Below, piece after piece: positions 30,066 through 39,530 of a stretch of DNA of 64,000 bases. The position numbers and the translations under genes were made by a program. The stretch spans positions 479 to 64,478 of the forward strand of contig JAHIVH010000129.1 in NCBI GenBank assembly GCA_018816735.1, read 5' to 3'. Numbering within the stretch: position 1 is the first letter of the stretch; each line of letters opens with the position of its first letter. This stretch comes from Pseudomonadota bacterium. GTDB lineage: Bacteria > Desulfobacterota > Desulfobacteria > Desulfobacterales > JAHIVH01. The notes under the pieces are model-generated. The model was not told where the DNA came from, ran no database searches, and saw nothing but the letters and a program-made list of their open reading frames with translations.

Positions 30066-30974
30066 ATGGTGATGGTGACCGTCGGTCTTGCAGCCGGTAC
30101 AATGATTTTAATGGCAGTTTTATTTACTTTTATTCTGGGATGGGCAAACAGGGCATTCCATGTTGAGATTGATCCGCGTATAGGAAAGGTGATTGCCGCA
30201 CTTCCAGGCGTGAACTGCGGTGGCTGTGGTTTTGTCGGGTGCGGTGAATATGCGGAGGCCATTGTGCTCGAAAATACACCGGTGAACAAATGCACGGTGG
30301 GAGGAATGAGCTGTGCACTGGCTCTTGGTGATATTATGGGTGTGCGGGTGGATGTTTCCGTTTCCTTGCGGCCCATTGTGCATTGTGGTGCGAGAACAGT
30401 TGACAGACTTGGCAGAAGTGAATACCGGGGAGAAATGATGTGCCGGACAGCCAATCTGGTTGCAGATGTGCAAGGGTGTACCTATGGATGCCTGGGATTT
30501 GGCGATTGTGAACGTGAATGCGATTATGATGCGATTCATGTGATAGATGGGCTTGCAACGGTTGATTATGGCGCATGTGTCGGATGCGGAGCTTGCGCCA
30601 GAGTCTGCCCCAGAAACATTATCACGATCACGCCTTTCAGGTCGAACCGGATTCTTGCGGTTATCTGCTCCAATCATGATGCGGGAAAAGACGTGACAAA
30701 AGTTTGCAAGGTCGGATGCCTGGGATGCCGGGCGTGTTCAAGAATATCGAATCTGTTTGTTGTTGAAAACAACCTGTCCACCTTGAATTATGCTGAATAC
30801 ACGGAAGATCGCATGACGGAGCTGGTTGCTGCAAGCAAACGTTGCCCCCGTCATCGGCTTCAGTTTGTGGGTGAGGGAACCGGAATCGTTCCTGTGACTA
30901 TGGATGATGACAGACCGGACGTGGTTAGGGCTGATTTCAAATCTACAGTCGATGATACTGAATGGCGGGGGTAG
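30066..30974 (+). CDS. rnfB: Rnf complex subunit B, extended poly-ferredoxin form
   Basis: N-terminal TM helix, 'CGGCGFVGCGEYAEA', then several extra Cys clusters ('CTYGCLGFGDCERECD', 'CVGCGACARVCP', 'CKVGCLGCRACS'). Confidence 0.9.
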   Translation: MVMVTVGLAAGTMILMAVLFTFILGWANRAFHVEIDPRIGKVIAALPGVNCGGCGFVGCGEYAEAIVLENTPVNKCTVGGMSCALALGDIMGVRVDVSVSLRPIVHCGARTVDRLGRSEYRGEMMCRTANLVADVQGCTYGCLGFGDCERECDYDAIHVIDGLATVDYGACVGCGACARVCPRNIITITPFRSNRILAVICSNHDAGKDVTKVCKVGCLGCRACSRISNLFVVENNLSTLNYAEYTEDRMTELVAASKRCPRHRLQFVGEGTGIVPVTMDDDRPDVVRADFKSTVDDTEWRG

Positions 30975-31188
30975 AAGGGATGGTTTTATCGTGATGATTG
31001 TTGCACCAGGGAATCGGTCAAAAATTTTCATCACTCTTTTTTCATAAAAAGTCTGGTAAAAATATAAAGATGCTAAAAAAAATGCAGGCCATGCTGATCT
31101 TTCTTGCACAGATTTTGATTTAGGTATATTTTCCTTAAAAACGCTTGTTATTCAACCCTTAACTTTCTTTAACAAAAGGAAACCGACG

Positions 31189-31419
31189 ATGGAGAAAATC
31201 CAAAAAGAACTGAAGTCTGTCGCCAAAGAGATTGATGCGCTTTCCAAAAAAATTGACAAGATGTTGAAAAATATCGAAATGGAAGGGGAGAAAAAAACAA
31301 AGAAGCCAGCAAAAAAATCTTCAGCGAAAAAACAGAAAGCCAGCACTCCCAAAAAGAAAAAAGCAAGAAAAAAAGATGCAGATGTAGCAGTAGAAGAAAC
31401 CGCTACGCCAACAGAATAG
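31189..31419 (+). CDS. Lysine-rich, histone H1-like small protein (coiled-coil N-terminus, KKxKK tail)
   Basis: 76 aa with 'KKTKKPAKKSSAKKQKASTPKKKKARKK'. AAGGA SD 8 nt upstream, and a strong plus-oriented terminator immediately downstream. The antisense ORF 31152..31460 is F-rich low complexity. Confidence 0.6.
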   Translation: MEKIQKELKSVAKEIDALSKKIDKMLKNIEMEGEKKTKKPAKKSSAKKQKASTPKKKKARKKDADVAVEETATPTE

Positions 31420-31431
31420 TCCCTGTCGATC

Positions 31432-31475
31432 AATTCCCCCATGTCAGTAAGCGTTTTCATGGGGGAATTTTTTTA
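31432..31475 (+). terminator. Rho-independent terminator between convergent genes
   Basis: Perfect 12-bp stem AATTCCCCCATG (31432-31443) / CATGGGGGAATT (31458-31469), followed by a T run. Confidence 0.8.
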
Positions 31476-31476
31476 A

Positions 31477-31749
31477 TTACAATACATCTTTAAGTTTTTT
31501 TCCAGCCCTGAATTTAACCACATTCGCTGCTTTGATTTTGATTTCTTCACCTGTCTGGGGGTTACGGCCTTTTCGCGCTTTGCGGCGGGTTTTAACAAAG
31601 CTTCCAAACCCAACCAAGGTTACCTTGCCATCCTTTTTTTTCAAGGCGCCTTTAACGCCATCCATAAAGGAATCCAGAGCCTTTCCGGCAGCTACCTTGG
31701 ATATACCCGCGTCATTGGCCATTTTTTCAATTAACTCTGCTTTTGTCAT
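31477..31749 (-). CDS. hup: HU-family DNA-binding protein
   Basis: 90 aa with 'MTKAELIEKMA...GFGSF...R.ARKGRNPQTGEEIKI.A...KFRAGK'. Confidence 0.95.
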   Translation of the reverse strand: MTKAELIEKMANDAGISKVAAGKALDSFMDGVKGALKKKDGKVTLVGFGSFVKTRRKARKGRNPQTGEEIKIKAANVVKFRAGKKLKDVL

Positions 31750-32158
31750 AAAATGTTCCTCTCTTGGTTTATGGTTTCAGACAAAAAAAATGAAATGAAA
31801 AGGTGTTAACGGCTTATATGCCATGTGTTTGTCATGATTGCAATAGCAAAATACAGTATCCACGGCTAAATTTTGAATTTTTTTTAAAAATTGTTATATT
31901 CCCCCTGCGGGAATTGGATTTTATTTTAAAAATTCGATTTCCTGTAAAACTGCCATCTACGTTTTGCGAAGAAGATTATTTTGCTGAATTTTGAGAGCGA
32001 TTATGATATCCGGTTATTCAGAACATTATTCTTCAGGCTGATTGCTTCCTGGAATCATCAGTGGAAGCAGGAAAAGAAATTTCTGACCCTTATAACCATC
32101 ACTTAAACAGGATAAATAAAAGTGTTCTTAAGGGTATTCCGTTGAGAGGATCGATAAG

Positions 32159-33415
32159 ATGAAAAAAAGAATTGCAATTATTGGCGGGGGAATTGCCGGG
32201 CTCACGGCCGCTTATCTGCTCGATAAAAAACATGACATCACGCTGTTTGAGAAAGATGACCGGGTTGGCGGCAATGCATATACACACAAAACCTCTACAG
32301 GCGAAACATTTGATATTGCGGTTGGTTCGGTTTTAAATCGTGTGGCAGGGAATTTTTTAAAATTGTGTGATGAACTGGACGTCAAGCTGGTCAGGCAGCC
32401 CAAAGCCAGTTTGATCAGCATCCATGATCTGGAATCAGATGACGGCCTTTATTTGACACCGTTGAGTATCAAAGGGTTGTTTGCACAAAAATTTGCGCTT
32501 TTCAAATATACAAAATCATTTATCAAGACAGCTTATGCCAATTATAAAGCGGTCAGACTTTTGGAGAAGGGGCGGTTGAAAGATCTTACGGTTGAAGACA
32601 TGTTCTCCCTTCTGCCGGAACTGACAAGGTTTGAAAAATTAGCAATGATGGCGCCTTTTTGTTTGCTTTCGTCCATGCAATATAAAGAGGTGAGCAAAGG
32701 GCCTTCTGAATATTTTGCCGGTAAAATGAAGGCCCATGGAAAATTTAATCCTGTGATAACCATGCTCGGGAATTATTTCCCAAAGCATTTCACACAAAGT
32801 TATGTGGATGCACTGATATATGACTGCAGGGAAAAGGTTGTTCTCAATTCAAACATAAAAGCCGTAAAGAGGAATGAAGCGGCGGTTTTTCTGCAAATGA
32901 AGGATGGAAAAGAATATGCTTTTGATAAAGTCGTATTTGCCTGCAACGCAGATCAGGCATTATCCCTGCTTGACAACCCGACGGAAGATGAAAAGAGATT
33001 GTTGGGGGCCTGGATATATAAGGATGTACCTATGGTTGTTCACCGGGATCAATCAAATTCTCCCGGAAGAGAACTTTGCCAGCCATGGACCTTGATTCAA
33101 TCTTCAGATAATGGCGTGCCCCATTTTTCAATTCATTATTGCAGCTGGCTGCTCAGCCCTGCTGCTTTAAGAAAATGTGATTATTTTTCCACACAACATC
33201 CAAGTTTTCCCATCCGGGAAGACTTGATTGATATCAGGAAAATATTTCGGGTGCCCTTTTATGATTTTAAGTCATTTGGAACGATTCAGGATCTTCCTTC
33301 ACTAAATGGAAACATGCATTCATATTACTGCGGCAGTCATTTTGGATATGGTCTCCACGGCGATGCTGTAAACTCAGCCATTGAAGTCGCAAGGCATCTC
33401 GGAATCGATTGGTAA
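32159..33415 (+). CDS. FAD/NAD(P)-binding oxidoreductase (COG2907 / amine-oxidase-like)
   Basis: Rossmann motif 'RIAIIGGGIAGLTAAYLL...ITLFEKDDRVGGNAYTH'. 418 aa. Confidence 0.75.
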   Translation: MKKRIAIIGGGIAGLTAAYLLDKKHDITLFEKDDRVGGNAYTHKTSTGETFDIAVGSVLNRVAGNFLKLCDELDVKLVRQPKASLISIHDLESDDGLYLTPLSIKGLFAQKFALFKYTKSFIKTAYANYKAVRLLEKGRLKDLTVEDMFSLLPELTRFEKLAMMAPFCLLSSMQYKEVSKGPSEYFAGKMKAHGKFNPVITMLGNYFPKHFTQSYVDALIYDCREKVVLNSNIKAVKRNEAAVFLQMKDGKEYAFDKVVFACNADQALSLLDNPTEDEKRLLGAWIYKDVPMVVHRDQSNSPGRELCQPWTLIQSSDNGVPHFSIHYCSWLLSPAALRKCDYFSTQHPSFPIREDLIDIRKIFRVPFYDFKSFGTIQDLPSLNGNMHSYYCGSHFGYGLHGDAVNSAIEVARHLGIDW

Positions 33416-33542
33416 AATCGATGGTTTGTGAAACAAGTTTGGGTTGATTTTAAAATATTTTTCACATATCAATCCAATATCGATTATCAGACAATCACAA
33501 AATGACCATAGATGTTTTTCATACATGCAGGGGAAAAAACAG

Positions 33543-35978
33543 ATGACAAAACTGCCAGCTGAAAATAACCACAGGTCAAAAGTAGTTGAAAAACTCGACA
33601 GAATTTTTGAAAAGACAGGGGGCTGGTCATATGACCACAGATGGGTGATTCTTTTTGTATGTATCATGGTTTTTGGTTTATGCCTTTATCTTGCCAAAGA
33701 TGTGAGATTTGACAATAGTTTTGAAGCCTATTTTGATCGTGATGACCCGGTTTACAAAGGATTTCTTGAATTCAGAGATCACTTTGGTTCTGATGAGATA
33801 GGCTATATCCTTTATGAGGCGCCTGAAAAGAAGTATGGGGTATGGGATCTCGCCGTCATGCGCACCATAGATGAAATTTCAATTAAAATTGAAGAAAATG
33901 CGCCATTTGTCAAGCGGGTTCTTTCACTTTCAAATGCAGAGTTCATAGAGGGACGGGATGGAGAGCTGATTGTTCATGATATACTGAACGATTTTCCGGA
34001 GACTCAGGAAGATATGCTGAAAATCCGTGACAAGGTTCTCGCCAAACCCTTGTATCTGAATGGGCTTGCAGATGCATCCGGCCGATTTGGCGCCATTGTC
34101 GTTGAAATGCACAAATCGAGTATCGATCAGCTTGAGGAAATACAGGTCGATCCTGAAAAGGGTAATGATATTTATAACCTTTATCCGCAAGCCTCGGCAA
34201 TGGCTATAAAGAAGGTTCTCTCCGCATATGAGAATACGGGCATTGTGTTCTACAATACCGGTGATGTTGAACTGAATTCCGAATATAACATTATGGCCAT
34301 GAAAGAGTCTCAACGGCTGGGAATGATCACGTTCATCGTGATCGGTATTTTGCTGGCTTTTTTTTTAAGGAGTTTTTCAGGCATCGTGGGGCCGCTTTCC
34401 GTTGTCGCTCTTTCCATGTTGATTTCAGTCAGTTTTATTGGAATCATGGGTTGGAAATTTGACTTGTTATTTTCAATTTTGCCTACAGTACTTATTGCTG
34501 TGGGTGTTGCGGATTCGGTTCATATTGTCTCTGATTTCAGAACATATTACAAATCCCTGAATGACAGGCGAGGAGCCATTAAACGTACACTTTACCTGAC
34601 CGGACTGCCTTGCCTGTTCACCAGTCTCACAACAGTTGCCGGGTTCGCTTCGATGGCAATTTCCCCGATAAAAATCATCAAGCATTTTGCCATTTACAGT
34701 GCGGTAGGGATTTTCGGCGCATTTGTCCTCTCTGTTACATTTCTTGTCGTTTTCCTTTCATTTGGGAAAAAGAGCATCAACGGAAATTCACCTGAAAAAT
34801 CCCGTAAAAAGGACCTGGGAAATGTTCTTCTCAAAAAGTCACTTCAATATGTGGCACGGTTTGATATCAGGTACAAATGGACGATTATCATTGTTTCATT
34901 GATTGTCGGCATCTTTGCGGCAGGTGGTGTGCTTCAGATTAGAATCGATTCAAATTTTCTTTCGGAATTTTCAGACAAAGTAGATATCAAGAGAGTGACA
35001 AAGAGAGTGGACGAGGTCATGGGGGGAACGATAAGCTACAGCTATGTGTTCAATTCTGAAGCACCCGAAGGTATCATTGAGCCGGAGGTCCTTGCCGAAA
35101 TCAAGGCACTTCAGGACAAGGCCAATGAAATGGATATTGTAATGAAAACATACTCAATTGTTGATTTGCTTCAGGATATCAACAAAACCTTTCATGATGA
35201 AGATCCGGATTATTATGTCCTTCCGGATACCAAAGCGCAAACAGCCCAATATCTGCTTGTCTACGAGATGTCCGGTGGAGAGGAACTTGAAAATTACATT
35301 ACTTCCAGCTATGGCAGTGCCAACCTGGAAATTCGAACGAAACTCGCAAACGCTAGCGAAACGGAAAAATTTGTAGATAGCATGGATCGTTTTCTCCAAT
35401 CCAGAAATTCTGATGCCATAAAACCGATATTAACCGGAATGGGGGCGTTGTGGTATAAATTGATAAAGTATATCGTTCAGAGTCAGATCGCCGGTTTTTT
35501 GATCGCATTTTCCGTAATCGCAGTGATGATGTGCGTTCTTTTCGGGTCGGTCCGTGTGGGATTGCTTTCAATGGTTCCCAATCTGGCTCCCGTGGTCCTG
35601 ACGCTGGGTGTCATGGGATGGGCAGGCGTGCCTCTGGATTATGTCAAATTGATGATCGGATGCATATCCATCGGTATTGCTGTGGATGATACGATCCATC
35701 TTGTCAATCGATATCAACATGAATTCCGTCGGTGCGGCAATTATGAAAAAGCCCTTTTAAACAGCATGAATCACGTGGGCAGAGCGATTTTCATCACATC
35801 TGTTGTGCTGTTTTCCGGATTTCTTGTTTTTCTGAATTCACTGATGGACAGTCTTGCCCAGTTCGGTGTACTGGTTTCGGCAACTATCATTACGGCGTTT
35901 ATGGCGGATTTCTTTTTGATGCCGGCCCTGCTTTTAGCGTTAAAACCATTTGGTCCCGAATTTTCAATAGAAGAGTAG
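33543..35978 (+). CDS. MMPL/RND-superfamily exporter with a sterol-sensing-like domain (paralogue 1)
   Basis: Two 6-TM bundles and two large loops. 'VGVADSVHI' and 'GIAVDDTIHLVNRY' motifs. The start is uncertain: ATG at 33543 (GGGGA SD) or ATG at 33525; the track uses the TTG at 33444. Confidence 0.8.
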   Translation: MTKLPAENNHRSKVVEKLDRIFEKTGGWSYDHRWVILFVCIMVFGLCLYLAKDVRFDNSFEAYFDRDDPVYKGFLEFRDHFGSDEIGYILYEAPEKKYGVWDLAVMRTIDEISIKIEENAPFVKRVLSLSNAEFIEGRDGELIVHDILNDFPETQEDMLKIRDKVLAKPLYLNGLADASGRFGAIVVEMHKSSIDQLEEIQVDPEKGNDIYNLYPQASAMAIKKVLSAYENTGIVFYNTGDVELNSEYNIMAMKESQRLGMITFIVIGILLAFFLRSFSGIVGPLSVVALSMLISVSFIGIMGWKFDLLFSILPTVLIAVGVADSVHIVSDFRTYYKSLNDRRGAIKRTLYLTGLPCLFTSLTTVAGFASMAISPIKIIKHFAIYSAVGIFGAFVLSVTFLVVFLSFGKKSINGNSPEKSRKKDLGNVLLKKSLQYVARFDIRYKWTIIIVSLIVGIFAAGGVLQIRIDSNFLSEFSDKVDIKRVTKRVDEVMGGTISYSYVFNSEAPEGIIEPEVLAEIKALQDKANEMDIVMKTYSIVDLLQDINKTFHDEDPDYYVLPDTKAQTAQYLLVYEMSGGEELENYITSSYGSANLEIRTKLANASETEKFVDSMDRFLQSRNSDAIKPILTGMGALWYKLIKYIVQSQIAGFLIAFSVIAVMMCVLFGSVRVGLLSMVPNLAPVVLTLGVMGWAGVPLDYVKLMIGCISIGIAVDDTIHLVNRYQHEFRRCGNYEKALLNSMNHVGRAIFITSVVLFSGFLVFLNSLMDSLAQFGVLVSATIITAFMADFFLMPALLLALKPFGPEFSIEE

Positions 35979-36320
35979 GCCATATGGAAATGGCAGCAGC
36001 AACACATTTAATCCTTTGAATTGTATGCTTTGAAAATTATTTGCCTTGACAACAACTTATGGTTAACGATAGGTATACATAAAATTTTGACTTCGTTGTG
36101 TTGAATAAGCTCATCGAGAAAATCTAAACGTTTTATCATCCACCTTTTCCCGAAACACTTATAAATCCAACCTTATTCAGCCCGATGATTGCCTTGAAAT
36201 TTGCCATGATTAACAAAAATGAACGTGGTCAGATCATCTTTTGAAGTGTTGTATAAAAATGAAGCGGAACGACCCCAATGATAACACCATATACATTATG
36301 AATATTCAGGAGAAATACAG

Positions 36321-37301
36321 ATGATTCTTAAGATAGAAAGAACTTTTTTTTGGACCATGACGCTTATTTTTATGCTGCTGTCCACAGCCACTTCCGCTTT
36401 GGGGGATACACAAAACCTGCCTGGAAAAGTTGCTGCTGTGAATGATGCGGTTATCTCGGATCAGGATGTTGCACAAAAGATGATTGAAATCAAAAAGCAG
36501 TTTATGCAGCAAGGACGTCCTGCAGATGATCAGATGCTTGCAAGCTTCAAAAACCAGATTATCGATAATCTGATTGAAGAGGAGTTGCTCTTTCAGGAAA
36601 GCCGGAAAAAAGATATTAAAATAGACCAAATGATACTGGATAAATCATTGGCAGATATCCAAAGCAAGTTTGCCAATGAAGAAGAGTTTTTAGATGCCTT
36701 GAAAAATATGGCGCTTACCAAAGCCGATCTTATATCAAAAATTTTGCGGAATCTGTCAACACAAGAGTTGATCGGGTCTCAGATTGAAGACAAAATTAAC
36801 ATTCCTGAAACGGAAAGCCAGGCATTCTACAATGCCCACCCGGAATATTTCAAAACCCCCGAGCAGGTCAAGGCCAGCCATATCCTGATAAAGCTCGAAC
36901 CTGAAGCCGATGAAGCTGCACGATCCGCAGCACTTGTAAAAATAAAGGATATTCAGAAACAGCTTAAAAACGGAGCGACCTTTGCCTCTCTTGCCCAAAA
37001 ATTTTCAGAAGGACCCAGCAACACCAGCGGAGGGGACCTGGGATATTTTGGGAGAGGACAAATGGTCAAACCCTTTGAAGATGCTGTCTTTGCATTGAAA
37101 TCGGGAGAGACGAGCGACATCGTCGAAACGCAGTTCGGGTTGCATTTGATCCAGTTAACAGATAAAAAACCCGAAGGAACGGTTGATTATAAAGAGGCAA
37201 AGGAAAAAATATCCCAGCATTTAAAACAGGAAAGAATGAAACAGGATATCGATACCTATATTCAGGAATTGAAAAAAAATGCAAAGATAGAAAAATTTTA
37301 A
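36321..37301 (+). CDS. Periplasmic parvulin-type peptidyl-prolyl isomerase (SurA/PrsA-like)
   Basis: Signal peptide. Parvulin core 'VKASHILIK...SEGPS...GGDLGYFGRGQMVKPFEDAVFALK.GE...ETQFGLHLI'. Confidence 0.88.
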   Translation: MILKIERTFFWTMTLIFMLLSTATSALGDTQNLPGKVAAVNDAVISDQDVAQKMIEIKKQFMQQGRPADDQMLASFKNQIIDNLIEEELLFQESRKKDIKIDQMILDKSLADIQSKFANEEEFLDALKNMALTKADLISKILRNLSTQELIGSQIEDKINIPETESQAFYNAHPEYFKTPEQVKASHILIKLEPEADEAARSAALVKIKDIQKQLKNGATFASLAQKFSEGPSNTSGGDLGYFGRGQMVKPFEDAVFALKSGETSDIVETQFGLHLIQLTDKKPEGTVDYKEAKEKISQHLKQERMKQDIDTYIQELKKNAKIEKF

Positions 37302-37407
37302 GCCTTTATTCTATGCAAATGATGACTCTCAAGTCACGTGATTTTAATCAGGTGTTATGACGAGAAGATGTAAAATATATAAATAATCAGAATATGGAGA
37401 ACTTCAT

Positions 37408-37608
37408 ATGGCAGATGGTATTGTTAAATGGTTTAGCCAGGAAAAAGGGTATGGATTTATCGAACAACAAAATGGTCCGGATGTATTTGTCCATCATTCG
37501 GGCATCAATGCCTCAGGATTTAAATCCCTGAATGAGGGAGACAGGGTTACATTTGAAATCAACCAGGGTCCAAAAGGGCCAACCGCTGTGAATGTGACCG
37601 TTGTGTAA
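37408..37608 (+). CDS. Cold-shock protein (CspA family)
   Basis: '[15 protein letters not shown]' (RNP1) and 'VFVHHS' (RNP2). 66 aa. Confidence 0.95.
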   Translation: MADGIVKWFSQEKGYGFIEQQNGPDVFVHHSGINASGFKSLNEGDRVTFEINQGPKGPTAVNVTVV

Positions 37609-37686
37609 CTGCGTTATCTGCCATTAATTTGGGAGATCCCGGAGGCCTATAAGGTGTGGCCGCATGATGTGAAATTGAGTCCAATA

Positions 37687-39378
37687 TCACATATCTGCGG
37701 CCGTAACCCTTTCCAGTTCATCAATGGTGGTAAGTCCGCGCAGCACTTTTTTTAAACCATCGTACCTGAGGGTTTCAAAACCACTTTGTTTGGCCTTTTT
37801 TTCGATTTCTATGATGGAAACGTTTTTGGCCACCATTGACCGGATTTCTTCCGTCATGATAAAGATTTCATGGATGGCTACCCTGCCTGTATATCCGGTG
37901 TGGTTGCAGTCCAGGCATCCTTTGCCTTTATAGAAGGTGACTTTTTTTTGGCCGTTCCAGATGAAATATCGTTCTATTTCGGAAGGATCCGGTTCATACG
38001 ATTCCTTGCATTTGGGGCATATCTGCCGTACAAGGCGCTGGGCCATTACACCTATTATGGAGGGGGCTACAAGAAAAGGCTCTACCCCGATTTCAACCAG
38101 GCGGGTTACTGCCTGAAGGGAATTGTTGGTGTGCATGGTGGCCAGAACAAGGTGACCGGTCAAGGCAGCCTGGGAGGCTATTTTAGCAGTCTCAAGATCA
38201 CGTATCTCGCCGATCAGTATTACATCAGGGTCCTGCCGGAGAAAAGACCTTAAAATTGATGCAAAGTTGAGTTCAACCCCGGGATTAATCTGTACCTGGT
38301 TTACGCCCGGCAATTTGTATTCCACAGGATCTTCAGCGGTCATGATGTTGACTTCCGGCTCGTTCAAATGCTGTAACACGGAAAAAAGGGTCGTTGTCTT
38401 ACCGGAGCCTGTGGGTCCGGTGACAAAAAATACGCCATTAGGCGTGTCAATGATTTTTTTGAGGATATCGATATTTTTCTGAGAAAGTCCCAGCTGTTCA
38501 ACAGTGGGTATGTGCTGTTTGCCTGCCTGCCCCAGAATACGCAAGACCATTTTTTCGCCATGAATCGTGGGGATGGAAGAAAACCTGAAATCTATCGATC
38601 GATTGGAAAGATCAAGGCTGAATCTGCCGTCCTGAGGCCGTCTTTTTTCCGTAATGTCAAGGCCAGCCATCACTTTCATGCAACTGGCAATGGGTGAAAT
38701 AAGTTCACTGCTCAGTTTGATTCTGTCGTTCAGAACCCCATCCACCCGGAATCGAATTCTGACCAGTTTTTCCTGTGATTCGATATGAATATCACTGGCT
38801 TTCTCCTTGATGCCCAGAAGCATGATTGCCCGGCAGAACTCCACGAGTGCTTTATCGCCGGCCATGGCTTTTAATTCTTCAGGGGTTATTTTGTCCGAAC
38901 CGGCAAAAGCATTCTCCATAATATTGTTCATTAAGCCGGATATAGCTTCCTTTGACTGATACTGGACTTCAATGCTGTCTTCGATTTCTTCCGGAAAGGA
39001 AAAGATCATGCTCACTTTTTTGCCTATGAGACTTTCCGCATCTTTTATCGCGTCCAGGTTCATCGGGTTTGCTGTCGCTATAGTTACGGTTCCCTCGATT
39101 TCATAAAGGGGAATCATTTTATGTTTTTTTGCCAAGTCCTGGGGAAGTTTTTTAATGATGGAGGGTTGGAAAAGTGTTTTTGAGAGTTCCACATAAGAAA
39201 CGCCAATGGAATCGCCCCATAATTTCCCTAAAATATTTTTATCGATACCCCCTTTTTTCTTAAGATGCTTTAAAATTTCATAAGTATCATCACTGTATTC
39301 AATCCTCAATTTTTTCACATCATCTTCGGTAAGTATCTTTTTTAAAACAAGAAAGTTCATGAAATTTTGATTTTTCAT
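37687..39378 (-). CDS. GspE/PilB-family secretion ATPase (T2SS/T4P type), orphan
   Basis: Walker A 'GPTGSGKTTTL', 'ILIGEIRD', His box 'TGHLVLATMHTN', tetracysteine 'CPKC...CLDCNHTGYTGR', and a T2SSE_N-like N-terminus. No other T2SS or pilus genes are adjacent. Confidence 0.9.
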   Translation of the reverse strand: MKNQNFMNFLVLKKILTEDDVKKLRIEYSDDTYEILKHLKKKGGIDKNILGKLWGDSIGVSYVELSKTLFQPSIIKKLPQDLAKKHKMIPLYEIEGTVTIATANPMNLDAIKDAESLIGKKVSMIFSFPEEIEDSIEVQYQSKEAISGLMNNIMENAFAGSDKITPEELKAMAGDKALVEFCRAIMLLGIKEKASDIHIESQEKLVRIRFRVDGVLNDRIKLSSELISPIASCMKVMAGLDITEKRRPQDGRFSLDLSNRSIDFRFSSIPTIHGEKMVLRILGQAGKQHIPTVEQLGLSQKNIDILKKIIDTPNGVFFVTGPTGSGKTTTLFSVLQHLNEPEVNIMTAEDPVEYKLPGVNQVQINPGVELNFASILRSFLRQDPDVILIGEIRDLETAKIASQAALTGHLVLATMHTNNSLQAVTRLVEIGVEPFLVAPSIIGVMAQRLVRQICPKCKESYEPDPSEIERYFIWNGQKKVTFYKGKGCLDCNHTGYTGRVAIHEIFIMTEEIRSMVAKNVSIIEIEKKAKQSGFETLRYDGLKKVLRGLTTIDELERVTAADM

Positions 39379-39530
39379 GATGATTGGTTTCTCCTGTCTG
39401 CGTGTTTTTTTTCAAGAAGTTTTTTGATTTCATCCTGCGAAAGAACACCTTTTGTTTTTATGCGCTTATCTCCTTTTTCATCTTCGACAATCTCCTTAAG
39501 CATTTTTTCAAGGTCATATCGTTCAGTCAT
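39375..39530 (-). CDS. Unlisted 51-aa ORF, translationally coupled on both sides, carrying a FliM-N-terminus-like 'LSQDEIKKLL' motif
   Basis: My translation is MTERYDLEKMLKEIVEDEKGDKRIKTKGVLSQDEIKKLLEKKHADRRNQSS. GAGGA SD 8 nt upstream. Its ATG overlaps the hybrid-kinase stop (ATGACTGA) and its TGA overlaps the ATPase ATG (ATGA). Below the track's size cutoff. Confidence 0.55.
   Translation of the reverse strand: MTERYDLEKMLKEIVEDEKGDKRIKTKGVLSQDEIKKLLEKKHADRRNQSS

Noticed and set aside
29957-30677. Minus-strand ORFs 29957..30454 and 30120..30677 (165 and 185 aa)
   Set aside because: They are shadows of the Cys-codon-rich rnfB/rnfA region, with His/Pro/Arg-rich nonsense-like products.
31152-31460. 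102-aa minus-strand ORF opposite the Lys-rich gene
   Set aside because: AAA/AAG lysine codons read in reverse give a Phe-rich low-complexity product. The SD and terminator orientation favour the plus-strand ORF.
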